From Eledone cirrhosa (taxonomy: Eukaryota), in assembly GCA_964016885.1 (NCBI GenBank), contig OZ024743.1, forward strand, positions 76,074,001 through 76,138,000: 64,000 nt of DNA, in the 5' to 3' direction. The stretch's first letter is position 1. Each line of letters begins with the position of its first letter. Below are positions 12,830 to 26,023 of this stretch, piece by piece. The position numbers and the translations under genes are program-made. The notes under the pieces were generated by a model. That model was not told the origin of the DNA. It searched no databases and worked only from the letters and a program-made list of their open reading frames with translations.

Positions 12830-13786
12830 AGATAGATAAATAGATAGATAGATATGTTTCTTTTATTTGCCACCAGGGCATCAAAAGTGGGACAAGTACA
12901 AAGGGGGGAGTTTACACAAAAAGGCGTCCTCAATAAGGAGGAGGCAATAACAAAATATAAAAATAAAATAATATAAAATATAACAAAAAATAAAATTTGT
13001 AACAAAATCCTCAATAGAGAGGAGGCGCCTTGGGGGGTCGCACACACCCCCGAAAAAAGTGTGCAACCCTTTTCCTCAGGAGCACAGAGAGGGGGTGCTC
13101 CCTCGTTCCTTCCTCTTCTCCACCTACAGGCTTATGTAAAGAGAAGGCCCATTCACACGGGCCATTCTCGCCACTTTCACCCACCTTTCATAAAAACGAC
13201 TGGGGTGGAGCACCTCTCTCTCCATCCTGATCCTTCTTCCGAAATGATATCGGAAGAAACGGACCAGTTGTTGGCCAGAGAGAAAGGTGCCTGACCTCAG
13301 TCCTTTCAGACGCGTCCACCATACAACCTCTTTCGCCATGGCTATTACGCACAGAAACACCGCCTCTGCTTCATCTTTGAAGGGGGGAGGCGGCTTGATC
13401 ATTACAATAGACTCGGTGGTCAACCGGATCGGCCCCACCCTTGATAGCAGTTGTTCGACATAGCCCCACAGATCGGCTACGCCCGAGCAGTGTACCAATG
13501 CGTGTGCAACGGTTTCCTCGTCGCACACGCATCTGGGACAGATCTTTTTGGCGGGGTCCCTACCCGGGCGCCCGTATCTGTAGAGCCTTTCTCGAACGGG
13601 TAAAGCCCCTCGGTAGCACTGCCAGGCCAGGGACTTCTGGAAGTTGTCCATAGGTCCCGGGCTGAATGTCCTACCGAACAGGCTGGCCAGTTCGTCCTCC
13701 TCCATGTCTAGGGCTTCTCCGAGGGCGTCGTCGCACCTGCTGCGTACCAGCCCTCTATAGAATGTTGCGGTGGTGTCTCCACTGAT
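12830..13786 (-). mobile_element. 5'-truncated Tx1/L1-clade LINE (copy A): ORF2 C-terminus, 3' UTR and (TCTA)n tail
   Basis: ORF 13124-13785 is paralogous to the end of 14053-15456 (CPRC..ETVAHALVHC). AATAAA precedes the tail. Confidence 0.92.
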
Positions 13787-13824
<38 letters not shown>

Positions 13825-14052
13825 TTCTATTTATTTGCCACGAGGGCACAAAAGAAGGGGACATTTACACAGTGGGGGAGTTTACATAAATCGAGTAAAG
13901 AAAAAGGAATAACAATAATAATATAACAATAAAAAGTCCTCAAAAGGGAGGGGGCGTGTTGGGGATTGCACATACCCCCGAAAAGTGTGCAACTCTTTTC
14001 GCGGGGGAAGCCCAGAGAGGAGGCGCTCCCCCTTTCCTCTTCACTTCTTCAC

Positions 14053-17000
14053 CTACAGAACAATGTAGAGAGAAGGCCCATTTACACGGGCCATTCTCGC
14101 TTCTTTCACCCACCTTTCATAAAACTGTCTGGGGCCAAGCACTTCTCTCTCCATCCTGATCCTTCTTCCGAAGTGGTATCGGAAGAAGTAAACCAGGTGA
14201 TGGCCGGAGAGAAAGTCACCCGACCTCAGACCTTTCAGGCGCGTCCACCACACAACCTCTTTCATCATGGCTATTACGCACAGAAAGACCGCCTTTGCTT
14301 CATTTCTGAAGGGAGGAGGCGGCTTGATGTTCACCACAGACTCGGCGGTTAATCGAATCGGCGCCACACGCGACAGCAGTCGTTCGACGTAGCCCCACAG
14401 ATCGGCAACGCCCGGGCAGTGTACCAGTGCATGCGCAACGGTTTCCTCGTCGCGCACGCATCTGGGACAGATCTTTTTCGCGGGATCCCTGCCCGGGCGC
14501 CCGTGTCTGTAGAGCTTTTCTCGAACGGGCAGAGCCCCCCGGTAACACTGCCAGGCTAGGGACCTCTGGAAGTTGTCCATGGGTCCCGGGCCGAAAGTTC
14601 TACCGAACAGGCTGGCCAGTTCGTCCTCCTCCATGCCTAGCGACTCTCCAAGGGTGTCGTCGCCCTTGCTAGCCACCAACCCTCTATAGAATGTCGAGGT
14701 GGATTCTCCACTGATAGTCGGGTCCGCTTGCCAGATAGCCGTGAGCGCCTGGGCACACTCGGTGTGCCAGTTGCCCAGTTCTCTCGGTCTTTGCTTCACC
14801 CAGGATTGCAGTTCGGTGAGCGAGACGAGCTGTGGGAAGGCTCGCCTCACAAACGGGGCCCACACCGGCTGACCGTTGAGGAATACCTGTAGATGCCGTA
14901 GCCTCAATGCGTGCCTACGCATCAACAGCCACGGCATACCCAGCCCTCCTTTCGAAGGGTGCTGGCAGCAGATGGATCTCCTCACCATGGGAGGCCGCTT
15001 CTTCCAGAGGAACTGGAAGAGCATGCGTTCCATGATGGTGAGCTTTTCCTTGGGGCAAGGCACGACGGTCAGGCGGTAGTAGATGACGGACGCTATGTAA
15101 GCGTTCGTCACCTCCGCCCGACCTTTCAGTGATAGTTTGCACTTGGTCCACTTCTGGGTCAGCGCAAACACCCTGCTCGTCACCTCGCCCCAATTCTTCT
15201 CCACCTGGAGGTCCGGTCCGAACCAGACCCCGAGCAGCTTCACCGGGCCCTCCGTCCACCGCCCGACGACACCGTCTAACGGCATCGGTTTGCCCCTCCA
15301 CGTTCCGAGTTGCAAACCGACTGATTTGTCCTGGTTCAGCCTAGCCCCCGTCAGCCTTTCGTATTCCTCCAGTAGGGTGGCGATCGCCCCGATTTCCGAG
15401 GCGTCCGCCACCATTACTGTTACGTCGTCGGCATAGGCCGAGACCGCTTTGTGCAATCCCCGGTTCCAGGGGTATGCCCCGCAGCAACTCCAACTTCCGC
15501 AGCAGTGGCTCGAGAGTCAATACGTACAGAAGGGAGGAGAGGGGGCACCCCTGTCTGATGGACCGGGTGATTTGAAACGGCTCCGAGAGGTAGCCGTTTA
15601 CTTTAATCCTAGAGTAGATGTTGCCACTGTGCATGGCAGAAATCCAGCCCCTGAAAACGGGTCCGAAGCCCGCCGCCGCTAGCACCGCATCCAGGTAACC
15701 ATGGTCGACCCTATCGAACGCCTTAGATTGATCCAAGTTGATCAGGGCCCCACCAAAGCCGGGTTCGTTGCCAACCCTCTCTACGATGTATCGCATGAGG
15801 TGGCGGTTGTCGTGAATAGACCTGGACGGGATAGCGCATGTCTGCGCGTCTCCCACCAAACCACCCACCACAAGCGCCAACCTCTTCGCCAACACCTTGG
15901 CCAAAATCTGTAACTCTGCATTTAGCAGAGTTATGGGCCTAAAGTTACTTAAGTCGTCCCCTTTGCTCTCGTCCTTCCTCACTAGCGTGACCACGCCCTT
16001 GGTCACAGAACAGGGAATTCTCCCGTTCTGTTGCCAGTTGCAATAGACAGCCTCGAGGAGTTCGGAGAACAAGACCGGCATAGCTAAATAAAGTTCGTAT
16101 GGTAGACCATCGAGACCCGGAGATTTGCGTCTGCTGCATTGGCTGAGCGCTTCCCCGATTTCAGTGGCTGTGATTGGCCTTTCGCAGCACTCCGCTTCGC
16201 CCCTCGAAAGACGCGGTAGACCGTCGAGGTATGGACCGAAGTCCACATCCCCGTCCGGCCCCCCACCCCCTCCGAACAGTCGAACAAAGTGCCTTTGAAA
16301 GGCCTCGCACATCCGCTCAGGTTCAAGGATCACCCGTCCATCCTGGTCTCGCAAAGACCGAATGGTGGATTTAATCCCACTCTTGGCTTCTGTCACGCGG
16401 GCCCAGCTAACAGCTTTGGTCCCCTCGTTTCCTAAAGCACGTATTTTACTTCGGACAACGCAGCCTTCGTGCTTCGCGTCAAAGAACTGGCACAATGCCG
16501 TTCTCGCCGCTAACACTCTGGCCACGTCTCCGCTCCTAATCGCCTCTTCTAGTTTATCTGTTAACTCCCTTTCCTTCCAATTTCTATTTGCCGCTAGTTC
16601 CTTACTGTAACCTATCGAACTTACTCTAATCTCTCTCTTTAGAGATACCCACCACCTGCTGTTGACGATCGCTCCCGTCAACCGCATCTTAACTAAGCTA
16701 CTAATCCGGTTCCTGTAATCTTTCTTTGCCGGCAAGGACAAGTTCATCTTCCAGTAACCGGGACCCTGTCTATGCGTTCTATCAAGGTTGACCACGCAGG
16801 TCACTAATTTGTGATCTGAATAGCCAACCATGATCAGTTCTGGACAACTAAATACGTCCCTATCCTTACTCCTAACCAAAAACCTATCTAGGTACGATCT
16901 AGATTGTCCACTGCGGTTTGCCCAGGTCCAGGTTGGCGCAGTTGGACAATCTAGTCGAAATCTATCGACCAGGTCGACCCCTTGAGGCTGCTACACCCCC

Positions 17001-17470
17001 TCTATCGGGACATGCCCCTGCATAGTCCCAACGCGCATCTAGGATTCTATTCCAGTCCCCCACTAAAAGCAGGGAACGCGACGTTCCTAGAAAAGTCTCC
17101 AGACGCTGGAAGAAGTCGGCTCTTTCCGCCCCGAAGGAGGCATAAAGACCGACCAGTCTGAAAGCCCCGCCTTCACCGCCTCCGACGTCCAGCACCAGTA
17201 ATCGACCCCCCCCGGGTCCGAGTGAACAATCTGTACATCGAGAGCCAGACGTTTATCCAGCAGTACGGCAACCCCCCCCCCGCCTCCGGGTTGACAGAGA
17301 GATGCGTGCATCTCAAAGTCATCGGAGGCGGGCGCCAGCTGTCTCACGCTGCTGATCCGACTCTCGCAAACAACCATCACATCTATACTTTGTGACCTGA
17401 GGTCATTTAGAAGCTTTGCTTGCTTCCAAGCTGAGCCCAGGCCACGCGCGTTCAAACAGCCAACTCTCAA
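14053..17470 (-). pseudogene. Tx1 ORF2: apurinic-like endonuclease + reverse transcriptase + C-terminal CCHC, split by ~3 frameshifts
   Basis: Motifs in order across ORFs 17087-17470, 16962-17195, 15341-16879 and 14053-15456: LNARGL, GGGVA, GDWN, YSDH, KSPGLDGLP, FRPITLLN, DQSKAFDRV, QGCPLS, AYADD, CPRC..H...HC. Confidence 0.95.
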
Positions 17471-17475
17471 TTGAT

Positions 17476-19319
17476 CTATTTTGGTGTTGAAAGTGAAGAA
17501 AGAAAAGCACCTACCTCTCCGGGTTGTGTAATTTCCATGGCATCAGGTGTGTTGGGTGGAGGGATGTTTTGTGGTGGTGTGGGGGTACCCGTGTGTGGTG
17601 GGGTTGGGGTATTTGGAGTTGTGTCAGGGAGAGGGGCGGTTATGGGGAAATCTTTCAAGAGGACGCGATTTAACGGTTTTAAACAGGGGGGGGGGCTCAC
17701 GTCCCGTCTAAATTGTTCTTTTAAGGAACGATAAAGGTCCAGAGAGACCTTTATCATTTTTAAATGGGTGAAGTTCTCTGTTGAGATAAAGTTTGGCCCT
17801 TCGGTCTGCACCATAGGGTTATTGTTTATTAATTTAACCAGTTTTTTGTTTTCTTTATTTATATATGTGTATTGCAACGTCTTTTTTTGTGATGCTGTCA
17901 ATGTTTCGGAGAGGGGAGGCGCAGATTTATTTTTGTTTGTTGATGGTGGGTGTTTTTGATTGGAGTTGGTGTTTGTGTGTGGGTTATTTGTGGTGTGCTG
18001 GGTGTGTGTTTTCTTTTTTTTCTTTTAACTTGTCTGAAGGCTTCTCCTCCTTCTTCTTCAGAAGTTGGGGGAAACTCTTCAGCGCTAGGTGGGAGGGACG
18101 TGTTGTGTGGTTGTTTTTTTTTGCGGGAGGGGTAGATTTGTTACTGTTTTTTTTATTATTTGTTTGGAATGGGTTTTGTGGTGGTGGTGGTGGTAATGTT
18201 TGTGTCGTGCTTGTGGTTGGTGATGGTGGTGGTGATGTTTGTGTTGTGGTTGGTGGTGGTGATTTTTGTGTCGTGCTTGTGTTTGGTGGTGGTGATGTTT
18301 GTGTTGTGTTTGTGGTTGGTGGTGTCTGTATTTTGTTTGATGTGTGTGGTATTAGTGTATTTTTGGAGGTGGGTGGTGTTGGTGTACTGTTTGTGGTGGG
18401 TGTGGGCAATAGTCCTTTTTGGGGGATACGTTTCGGGCAGTTAGCCTTAACGTGTCCCCTTTCCATGCATAAATAGCATGCTGGTCTTCTCCCCTCTACA
18501 ATTATATCTATTGGGGTAAGGTCATCCAGCCAGATGCGATCCGGGATTTGTGCTATTCTTTCGGGCCTCATTTGGACTAGTATGTCGAGGCCCATTCCCA
18601 GGAACGCATCTCCAGTTGCCTTCCCCATTGACAGCATTGTGTCTTCGCCCATGTCTATGAAGCCAGCAATAGCCCACCAGAAGTCCATTGTGGGCAGCAT
18701 TGTTTTTACTTTTACTCTCTGTGTTCTTCTACCCATGTAGGAGGGATAGAAGCTGTATGTTGTCGATGAGAGTGGGCTTAGGGAAAGCTTCTCCGCCGTT
18801 TCCTTGTCTTTTGTTAAGACCGAAATGCTGCCATAGAGTCGGTCCTTTCGTATGAAGAGAATATTCTTCATATAGTCTTTTAGGACCAACTCTATTTCCA
18901 TTTGGCTGGGCTGTGCTGGCTTTCTTGTTTGGTTCATATAGTTCTGAAGAGAACTGTGCTCTCTGTTCTGGCTTTCTTGAATTCTGGGGGGGGGGGGGGA
19001 GTTAATGGAAAAAATTCCGTTCTCCCCCAAGACTATTTGTTTTTTCGCTTCGGCCAGTTTTTCTCTGGCGGCAGTTAAGTCAATTGGTGTGTATGTTATG
19101 GATTGTTTTATTTTCTGGGCGAAAGTTGCCCTGTTGTTATTTGTATTATTTTCTGTTTGTTTGTTTTCCGTTTGCTCATTTTCCTTAACATTTGTTTTTT
19201 CATTTTCCTTGTTTGTTTCGTTGTCTAATTTTGTTGTAATTATTTTTTGTTCTTCAGACTTGGGGGGGGGGGGGCGTGGCAGAGCTAATGGCAGACATGT
19301 CTGCCATCTTATCCGCCAT
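17476..19319 (-). pseudogene. Tx1 ORF1 (gag-like nucleic-acid-binding protein), apparently frameshifted near homopolymer runs
   Basis: CCHC knuckle CYLCMERGHVKANC and a Pro/Thr-rich tail, continuing in ORF 17476-17901. The likely ATG at 19319 is out of frame with the main ORF across the G13 run at 19262-19274. Confidence 0.85.
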
Positions 19320-19522
19320 GCTGCCAAGAAAGAAATTTTTCGGCAAAAAAATAGATATTTATTTTACCCCCTAAAAAGGGGGTAAATGCAAAAATGTTTC
19401 CCTAAATAACAGGGGTTAGTGTTCCAAATGTGTTGCACTGAAAAATTTATCCGGTACTTACTATAGTAAGGGTAAATCCCGATGGAATAGCGGAGCCGAT
19501 GTGAAGCGTGTCTTACTCTATC

Positions 19523-19524
<2 letters not shown>

Positions 19525-19560
<36 letters not shown>

Positions 19561-20503
19561 TCTTTCTTTATTTGCCACACGGGCGTACAAAAATGGGACA
19601 TTACAAGACGTGACGGCGGGGTTTTACATAAAAATAACTTTAACATTAATAAATAACAATAAACTATATATAATAAAATAACAATTGAAATCCCCAATAG
19701 GGGAGAACGAAACTGCAGGGTTGTTTTACACCCCGTGGATAGAACAACCCTCAACTCCATGAACACATTTTGTAGGTGTTCCTGTCTTCCCTCTGTTTAT
19801 CTTCAGAGAAGGCCCATTCACTCGGGCCATTTTCGCCACATTCACCCACCTTTCAGCGAATTTATTGGGGTGTAACACCTCTCTCTCCACTCTCACCTTC
19901 CTTCTGAAGTGATACTTAAACAAGGGGATAAGTTGTTGTCCGGAGAGAAAGGTGTTTGCCCTCAGTCCTTTTAATCTCGTCCACCATATCACCTCTTTCG
20001 CCACAGCCACCAGACAGAGGAAAACCGCCTCTCCTTCGTTCTTAAATGAAGGCGGCGGGGTGATCCTCACGATGGACTCGACTGACAACTGGATGCGTCC
20101 CACACGTGACAGCAGCTGTTCGACATAATTCCACAGGTCGGTCACCGCTGGGCACTGAACAATTGCGTGCAGAACGGTTTCGATGTCCTGCTCGCATCTT
20201 GGACAGGTCTTTTTGGCAGGATTTCTGCCAGGGTGTCCGTGCCTGTAGATTTTGTCTCGAACTGGTAGATTTTGTCTCGAACTGCCAGGCCAGAGACTTC
20301 TGGAAGTTATTTATAGGCCCTGGACGGAAAGTCCTCCCGAACAGACTTGTCAGTTCGTCCTCCTCGATGCCTAGAGTTTCCCCGAGAACGTCGTCGCACT
20401 TATCCTTCACTAATTCTATAGAATGTCGAAGTGGAGTCTCTGCTGATTGCCGTTTCCGCTTGGTAGAGGGCTGTGAGCGCCTGTAGGCACTCGAGGTGAC
20501 AGG
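19525..20503 (-). mobile_element. 5'-truncated, decayed Tx1 LINE (copy C)
   Basis: ORFs 19726-20145 and 20042-20533 are paralogous to the ORF2 C-terminus; (TCTA)n tail. Confidence 0.9.
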
Positions 20504-22620
20504 CATAGATAGATAAATTTCTTTATTAGCCACAAGGGCACAAAAGAAGGGGACAAATACAAACGGGGAGTTATATGAAAATAAAACTATTAATAAAATA
20601 ACAAATAATAATTGAAATTACCAATAGGGGGGAGGCGTTACACAGGGGTTGTACACACCCCGAAAAAATATACAACCCTCATCTCCAGGAGCACCAAGAG
20701 TGAGTATTCCCTTCCTCTCTTCCTCTTTTTCCTCAACCTACAGGCTTATATAGAGAGAAGGCCCAACCACTCGGGTCATCTTTGCCACATTCACCCACCT
20801 TTTATACAATTTTCTGGGGTACATCACCTCTCTCTCTATCCTGATTCTTCTTCCAAAATGATATTTGAAAGAACGAATCAGCTGCTCGCCGGAGAGAAAG
20901 GTCTCTGACCTCAGCCCTTTTAACCTCGTCCACCATATAACTTCTTTCACCATAGCCATAACACATATGAAAACCGCCACTCCCTCGTTTTTGAAGGAGG
21001 GTGGCGGTTTGATCATGACAATGGACTCGGTGGTCAACTGGATTGGTCCCACCCGCGGCAATAGTCGTTCTACATATCCCCACAAGTCGGTAACGTCCGG
21101 GCAGTGTACAAATGTGTGCGCGACGGTTTCCTTGTCGCGCACGCATCTCGGACAGATCTTTTTCGAGGGATCCCTGCCCGGGCGCCCGTGTCTGTAGAGC
21201 TTGTCTCGAACTGGTAGAGCTCCTCAGTAGCACTGCCAGGCCAGGGACTTTTGGAAGTTGTCCATTGGTCCCGGGCGGAAGGTCCTACCGAACAGACTGG
21301 CCAGTTCGTCCCCCTCTACGCCTAGAGTTTCTCCGAGCGCATCGTCGCACCTGCTGCGGACCAGCCCTCTATAGAATGTCGAAGTGGGTTCTCCACTGAT
21401 CGCCGGGTCCGTTTCCCAGGGGACTGTGAGCGCCTGAGCACATTCGATGTGCCAGTCGCCCATTTTCCTCGGTCTTTGCTTGACCCGGGACTGCAGTTCG
21501 GTCAGCGAGACGAGTTGTGGGAAGGCTCACCTCACGAACGGGGTCCACACCGGTTGTCCGGTGAGGAATACCTGGAGGTGCCGCAGCCTGAGCGCGTGTT
21601 TGCGCATCGTCAGTCGCGGCATACCCAGCCCTCCCTCTGAAGAGTGTTGGCAGCAAATGGATCTTCTCACAAAAGGAGCCCGTTTCTTCCAAAGGAATTG
21701 GAAGAGCGCGCGCTCCATTTTGGCGAGTGTTTTCTCTGGGCAAGGCACGACGGTCAAGCGGTAGTAGATGACGGACGCTATAAAAGTGTTCGCCACCTCC
21801 GCGCGACCTTTCAAGGATAGTTTGCACTCGGCCCACTTCTGGGTGAGCACAAACACCTTGACCGTCACCTCGTTCCAGTTCTTCTCCACCTGGAGGTCCG
21901 GACCAAACCAGACCCCAAGCAGCTTCACCGGTCCTTCCGTCCAGCATCCGACGACGCCATCGGAAGGCATCGGTTTGCCTCTCCACGTTCCGAGTTGCAA
22001 ACCGACGGATTTGTCCCGGTTCAGGTTCGCTCCTGTGAACCTTTCGTATTCCTCCAGTAAGGTGCCGACCTCCCCGATTTACGAGGTGCTCGACACCATT
22101 ACTGTCGTCGGCGTAGGCCGACGCTGCTTTTCTCAGTCCCGGTTCCAAAGGGATGCCTTGCAATAGCTCCAACTTCCGCAGTAGTGGCTCGAGAGTCAGT
22201 ACGTACAGAAGGGAGGAGAGAGGGCATATCTGTCGGATGGATCGCGTGATATGGAACGGCTCCGAGAGGTAGCCGTTCACCTTGACCCTTGAGCAGATGT
22301 TGCTGCTGTGCATTGCAGCAATCCAGCCCCTGAACACGGGTCCGAAGCCTGCCGCCTCGAGCACCGCATCCAGGTAACGATGGTCAACCTTATCGAAAGC
22401 CTTAGACTGATCCAAGTTGATCAGGGCCCCACCGAAGCCGGGTTTACACCCTACCTTCTCTATGATGTATCGCATGAGGTGAAGGTTGTCGTGTATGGAC
22501 CTGGTCGGGATTGCGCATGTCTGCGCTTCTCCCACCAGGTTTCAGACGATAAGCGCCAGCCTCTTTGCCAACACCTTGGCCAGAATCTGTAACTCTGTGT
22601 TTAGCAGAGTTATGGGCCGG
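20504..22620 (-). mobile_element. 5'-truncated Tx1 LINE (copy D) retaining the RT domain
   Basis: Motifs RPITLLN, DQSKAFDKV, AYADD and CPRC, with frameshifts. (GATA)n occurs at both junctions. Confidence 0.92.
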
Positions 22621-22726
22621 AATAGATAGATAGATAGTTAAGTATGTAAGAAGTAAACAGAAATAAAGATAACGACACTGTACATGGAAGAAATATATTG
22701 GTCTAACGACTGAAATAGCAGGAAGA

Positions 22727-22764
22727 GAGTCTTGACGTTTCTGGTACTAGTCCTTCATCAGACG
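22727..22764 (-). ncRNA. Minimal type I hammerhead ribozyme in a Penelope-type terminus (element ~22640-22930)
   Basis: Minus strand: gtcgt-CTGATGA-aggactagtacca-GAAAC-GTC-aagac, with a palindromic ACGT stem III. The downstream tail is shared with 32388-32478 and 44060-44165. Confidence 0.8.
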
Positions 22765-23024
22765 ACAGAGTTAGAAATAAAAGATAAAATGGAAAGATAA
22801 AGAGTGAGAAGAGGAAAGAACGGGGGGGGGGGATGAGAAAAAGGTGGGGAGCATTACTTAGGTGCCTTTCCACAGATCCAGGCCACCCGGCACACACGAG
22901 TCAGCCAGAGAATACCTTCTCTATTTCAGGCTTTTAACAACTCGTGCCGAATTTCTTCTTCTTATCCCCCAGAGTGATACACGCACACACACATTTATAT
23001 ATATATATATACACGCGCACACAC

Positions 23025-23108
<84 letters not shown>

Positions 23109-23165
23109 TCCGTATATAGAGAGAGATGTATGTGTGTGCGTGTGTATGTATGTGTGGGTATATAC

Positions 23166-23198
<33 letters not shown>

Positions 23199-24544
23199 TA
23201 TACATGTGTGTGTGTGTATGTATATGTATATACACACACACATATATGTGTGTGTATAAGTGTATGAGTGTGTAACAACCAGGATTTCAATTTAAATATT
23301 CCTCCATAAACATCAAACATGTTGATAGTATCTGCTGACAAATACATCTATTTACATATTGTGAACGTTATGTGCTTACATACGACAGAGGCTACCGCGT
23401 CCATATTTACTGACAAACAATATCAGTCGCCTACGTATACATGTAAATATGCATATACATACAAAGGCGCAAAATTACGCGCATACCAATTTGTTTTGTG
23501 GTATTATATATACCAGGGTATTTTCATAAAGGTATATAAACAGAGTTGTTCTGCCTGATATGATGTTTAGTTGCGATAAAAGAGGGCAACTGCCGGACGA
23601 GTAAGTAACCTCTGACTAATAACAGTAAACTATTCGGCAGAGCTGTTCTGCTAGAGAACGGGTCGCCGGTGGCGGATAGTGATACGGCCACCAGATATGA
23701 TGTTTAGTTGTGATATAAGTGGGCCTCTGCCGGACGAATAAGCAATCCCGGACCAACAGTGGTATACTAATAAGGGAGATGGAGCAATAGGTGACAACTG
23801 TAGCTCCCAAGAAAACTCTCACAACCCAGTGATGTAGCTATGACGGGGGAGTAAGGGCCGCCTCTAAAATAAGCATAGTCTTCACGGGTTTCAGAAAGTA
23901 CCAGATGGCTGACTGTGGCGAATATGACCACCAAAAACTGCAATATGGTGAGAGGTATGAAGTATATAAACAGTAACATGAGTCTCTCGGCTGGATCTCC
24001 GTTGGTTTCCACGAAGAGTTTTCCAGTTGTTTCACTAACGGAAGAGCCTGCTCGTATGTGCCTAACGTAGTTCTCAGGGAGATCCAGTGTGAGTCATTGT
24101 CTAACCTGGCTGGCCTTTGAATTACACACATGACTCAGTTCATCTGAGTATATTGGAGTAACATGAATTAAAATGTTTTAAGATGGAGAGGTCAGTGAAC
24201 CAGTGGCCTCTGCTATGCCTCCGTTAATTTATCGTGATATTTCGCTCCTAATAACAGTCTTTCCAATCTCTGTTTGGTTGAGCACACTTCTCTGAGTGGC
24301 TTTGGGCTGCCATTTCTAGCAGTTCGTCCCTCAGAGACCACTGGTTCACTGCCCTTAAACACGCTGTGACTTCTCTCTCCCACGTGTAGCAATTTTAAAA
24401 TTCTCTTAGTGTTGTCTGAAATGTATGGCCTTACACACGCTGATGAACCGAGACTAGACCATTTATTTTAACAAATTTTGGTGAAACATATCTTTGGATT
24501 TGTACGTGTGTTATATAGTTATAGAGGTATTTATTTACGCTTTA

Positions 24545-24763
24545 ATTTATATTTTTAATTATCGTGTCTATAGTCTGCCTTTCATAGGTTATAGATTCCA
24601 TACACTGGTGGTTTTTTTCCCTGTATTATTGATAACGCACTGTATATCTCTCTCTGGTGTGTTACCTTTTCAGCATATTGTATTTTAAAGAGCTCAGGAT
24701 CTCTTCTCCTTTGAGCACATTATTTACAGGGAATAGCGAGGGCCTATGCCTCCGTTAATTTAT

Positions 24764-24772
<9 letters not shown>
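24545..24772. repeat. Dispersed repeat terminating in (TA)n; second copy at ~49760-49975
   Basis: Shared blocks tacactggtggttttt.cctgtat, cctttgagcacat.atttacaggga and ctatg.ctccgttaatttat..tgatata. Confidence 0.8.
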
Positions 24773-24796
<24 letters not shown>

Positions 24797-24801
<5 letters not shown>

Positions 24802-25010
24802 AATTAGTATATCTAGTAACATATATATACACAGATGCATACTTATGCTAGCAAATATATAGGTTTTGTCTTAGTAACTTTGTGGTTCAATGCATGGGGT
24901 TGCAGAACAATAATATGAGAGACGTAAAATAAGAAAATTATAAAATTAACTTACTTACTAAAATTTTAGTAAGTAAGTTAATTTTATAATTTTCTTATTT
25001 TACGTCTCTC

Positions 25011-25013
<3 letters not shown>
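24797..25013 (-). mobile_element. Tail+hairpin element (same family as 8904-9495)
   Basis: Near-identical tail and a perfect hairpin at ~24913-25013 with its apex at ctaaaattttag. Confidence 0.85.
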
Positions 25014-25073
<60 letters not shown>

Positions 25074-25100
25074 TAAACAGATACATACACATAAATGTGT

Positions 25101-25221
<121 letters not shown>

Positions 25222-25456
25222 CCGAGTTATATGCAGTTCCTGCGTCACTGTAGTATGTTTTTTTAATTTCCTACCGGATCTTAAAAACTTGACTGTTAGA
25301 CTCTCACGTCACAAAGTCCACTTATTTATGACATGTGAATGTTTGTGTGGTCAATACCATACAGGATGTTGAGTGCTTCAACATACTTGCATCATCGTTT
25401 ACTGTTTGGAGTTAGGCATACGCAACACTTGTTAGACAAGTATTACTCTATTACTC

Positions 25457-25937
25457 TACTACGTGTTCCAGTCGATAGGCTGAGGCCATGCTGGGGCACC
25501 GCCACCAATGCTACATTTTCTACAACCAGCCTCCCCTGGTTGGCCATTGATGCCAATGAAATTTGTTGCTGCTGCCCTTATTTGTGCTTCGCCTCGTGCT
25601 GTGGGTTCATCCGGGATCTTGATCAGTAGAATGTCGAGATGTCTTTTGGAAACATCTACATTCACACCATGTATATCTCTCAGATTTTATGGCAGTTTAT
25701 TAAAAAGCTGGGGTCCCTTGAATCCCAGTCTATTGCAGTATGTAGTCATTGTTTTTGATGCGACGGGTGGGACCTTTGGTACTACAAAATGGCGCCCTGT
25801 CCGTGGGCTGGTCCTGCCTTCAATGCCAAAGTTTGGTGCTAACCCTTCCAGGATCTTTCATTCATATATCACTGCATATCTCATCCGTCTCCACTCCAGG
25901 GAGTAGAGCTTTAGTTTCTTTCAGCCTCTCCCAGTAC
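25457..25937 (-). mobile_element. CR1-type LINE 3' fragment
   Basis: The minus-strand translation [46 protein letters not shown] is typical of the CR1-group ORF2 C-terminus. Confidence 0.85.
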
Positions 25938-25956
25938 AGTGTTTGCACATTGATGG

Positions 25957-26023
<67 letters not shown>

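Larger units (their letters stand above)
13787..19520 (-). mobile_element. Near full-length Tx1/L1-clade LINE (copy B, ~5.7 kb)
   Basis: Contains a 5' UTR, ORF1 with a zinc knuckle, ORF2 (APE-RT-zinc finger), a 3' UTR with AATAAA and a (TCTA)n tail. It is bounded by (GATA)n on both sides. Confidence 0.95.

Noticed and set aside
13030-22592. Plus-strand ORFs over the LINE stack
   Set aside because: They are antisense shadows of GC-rich Tx1 coding sequence with no independent motifs.
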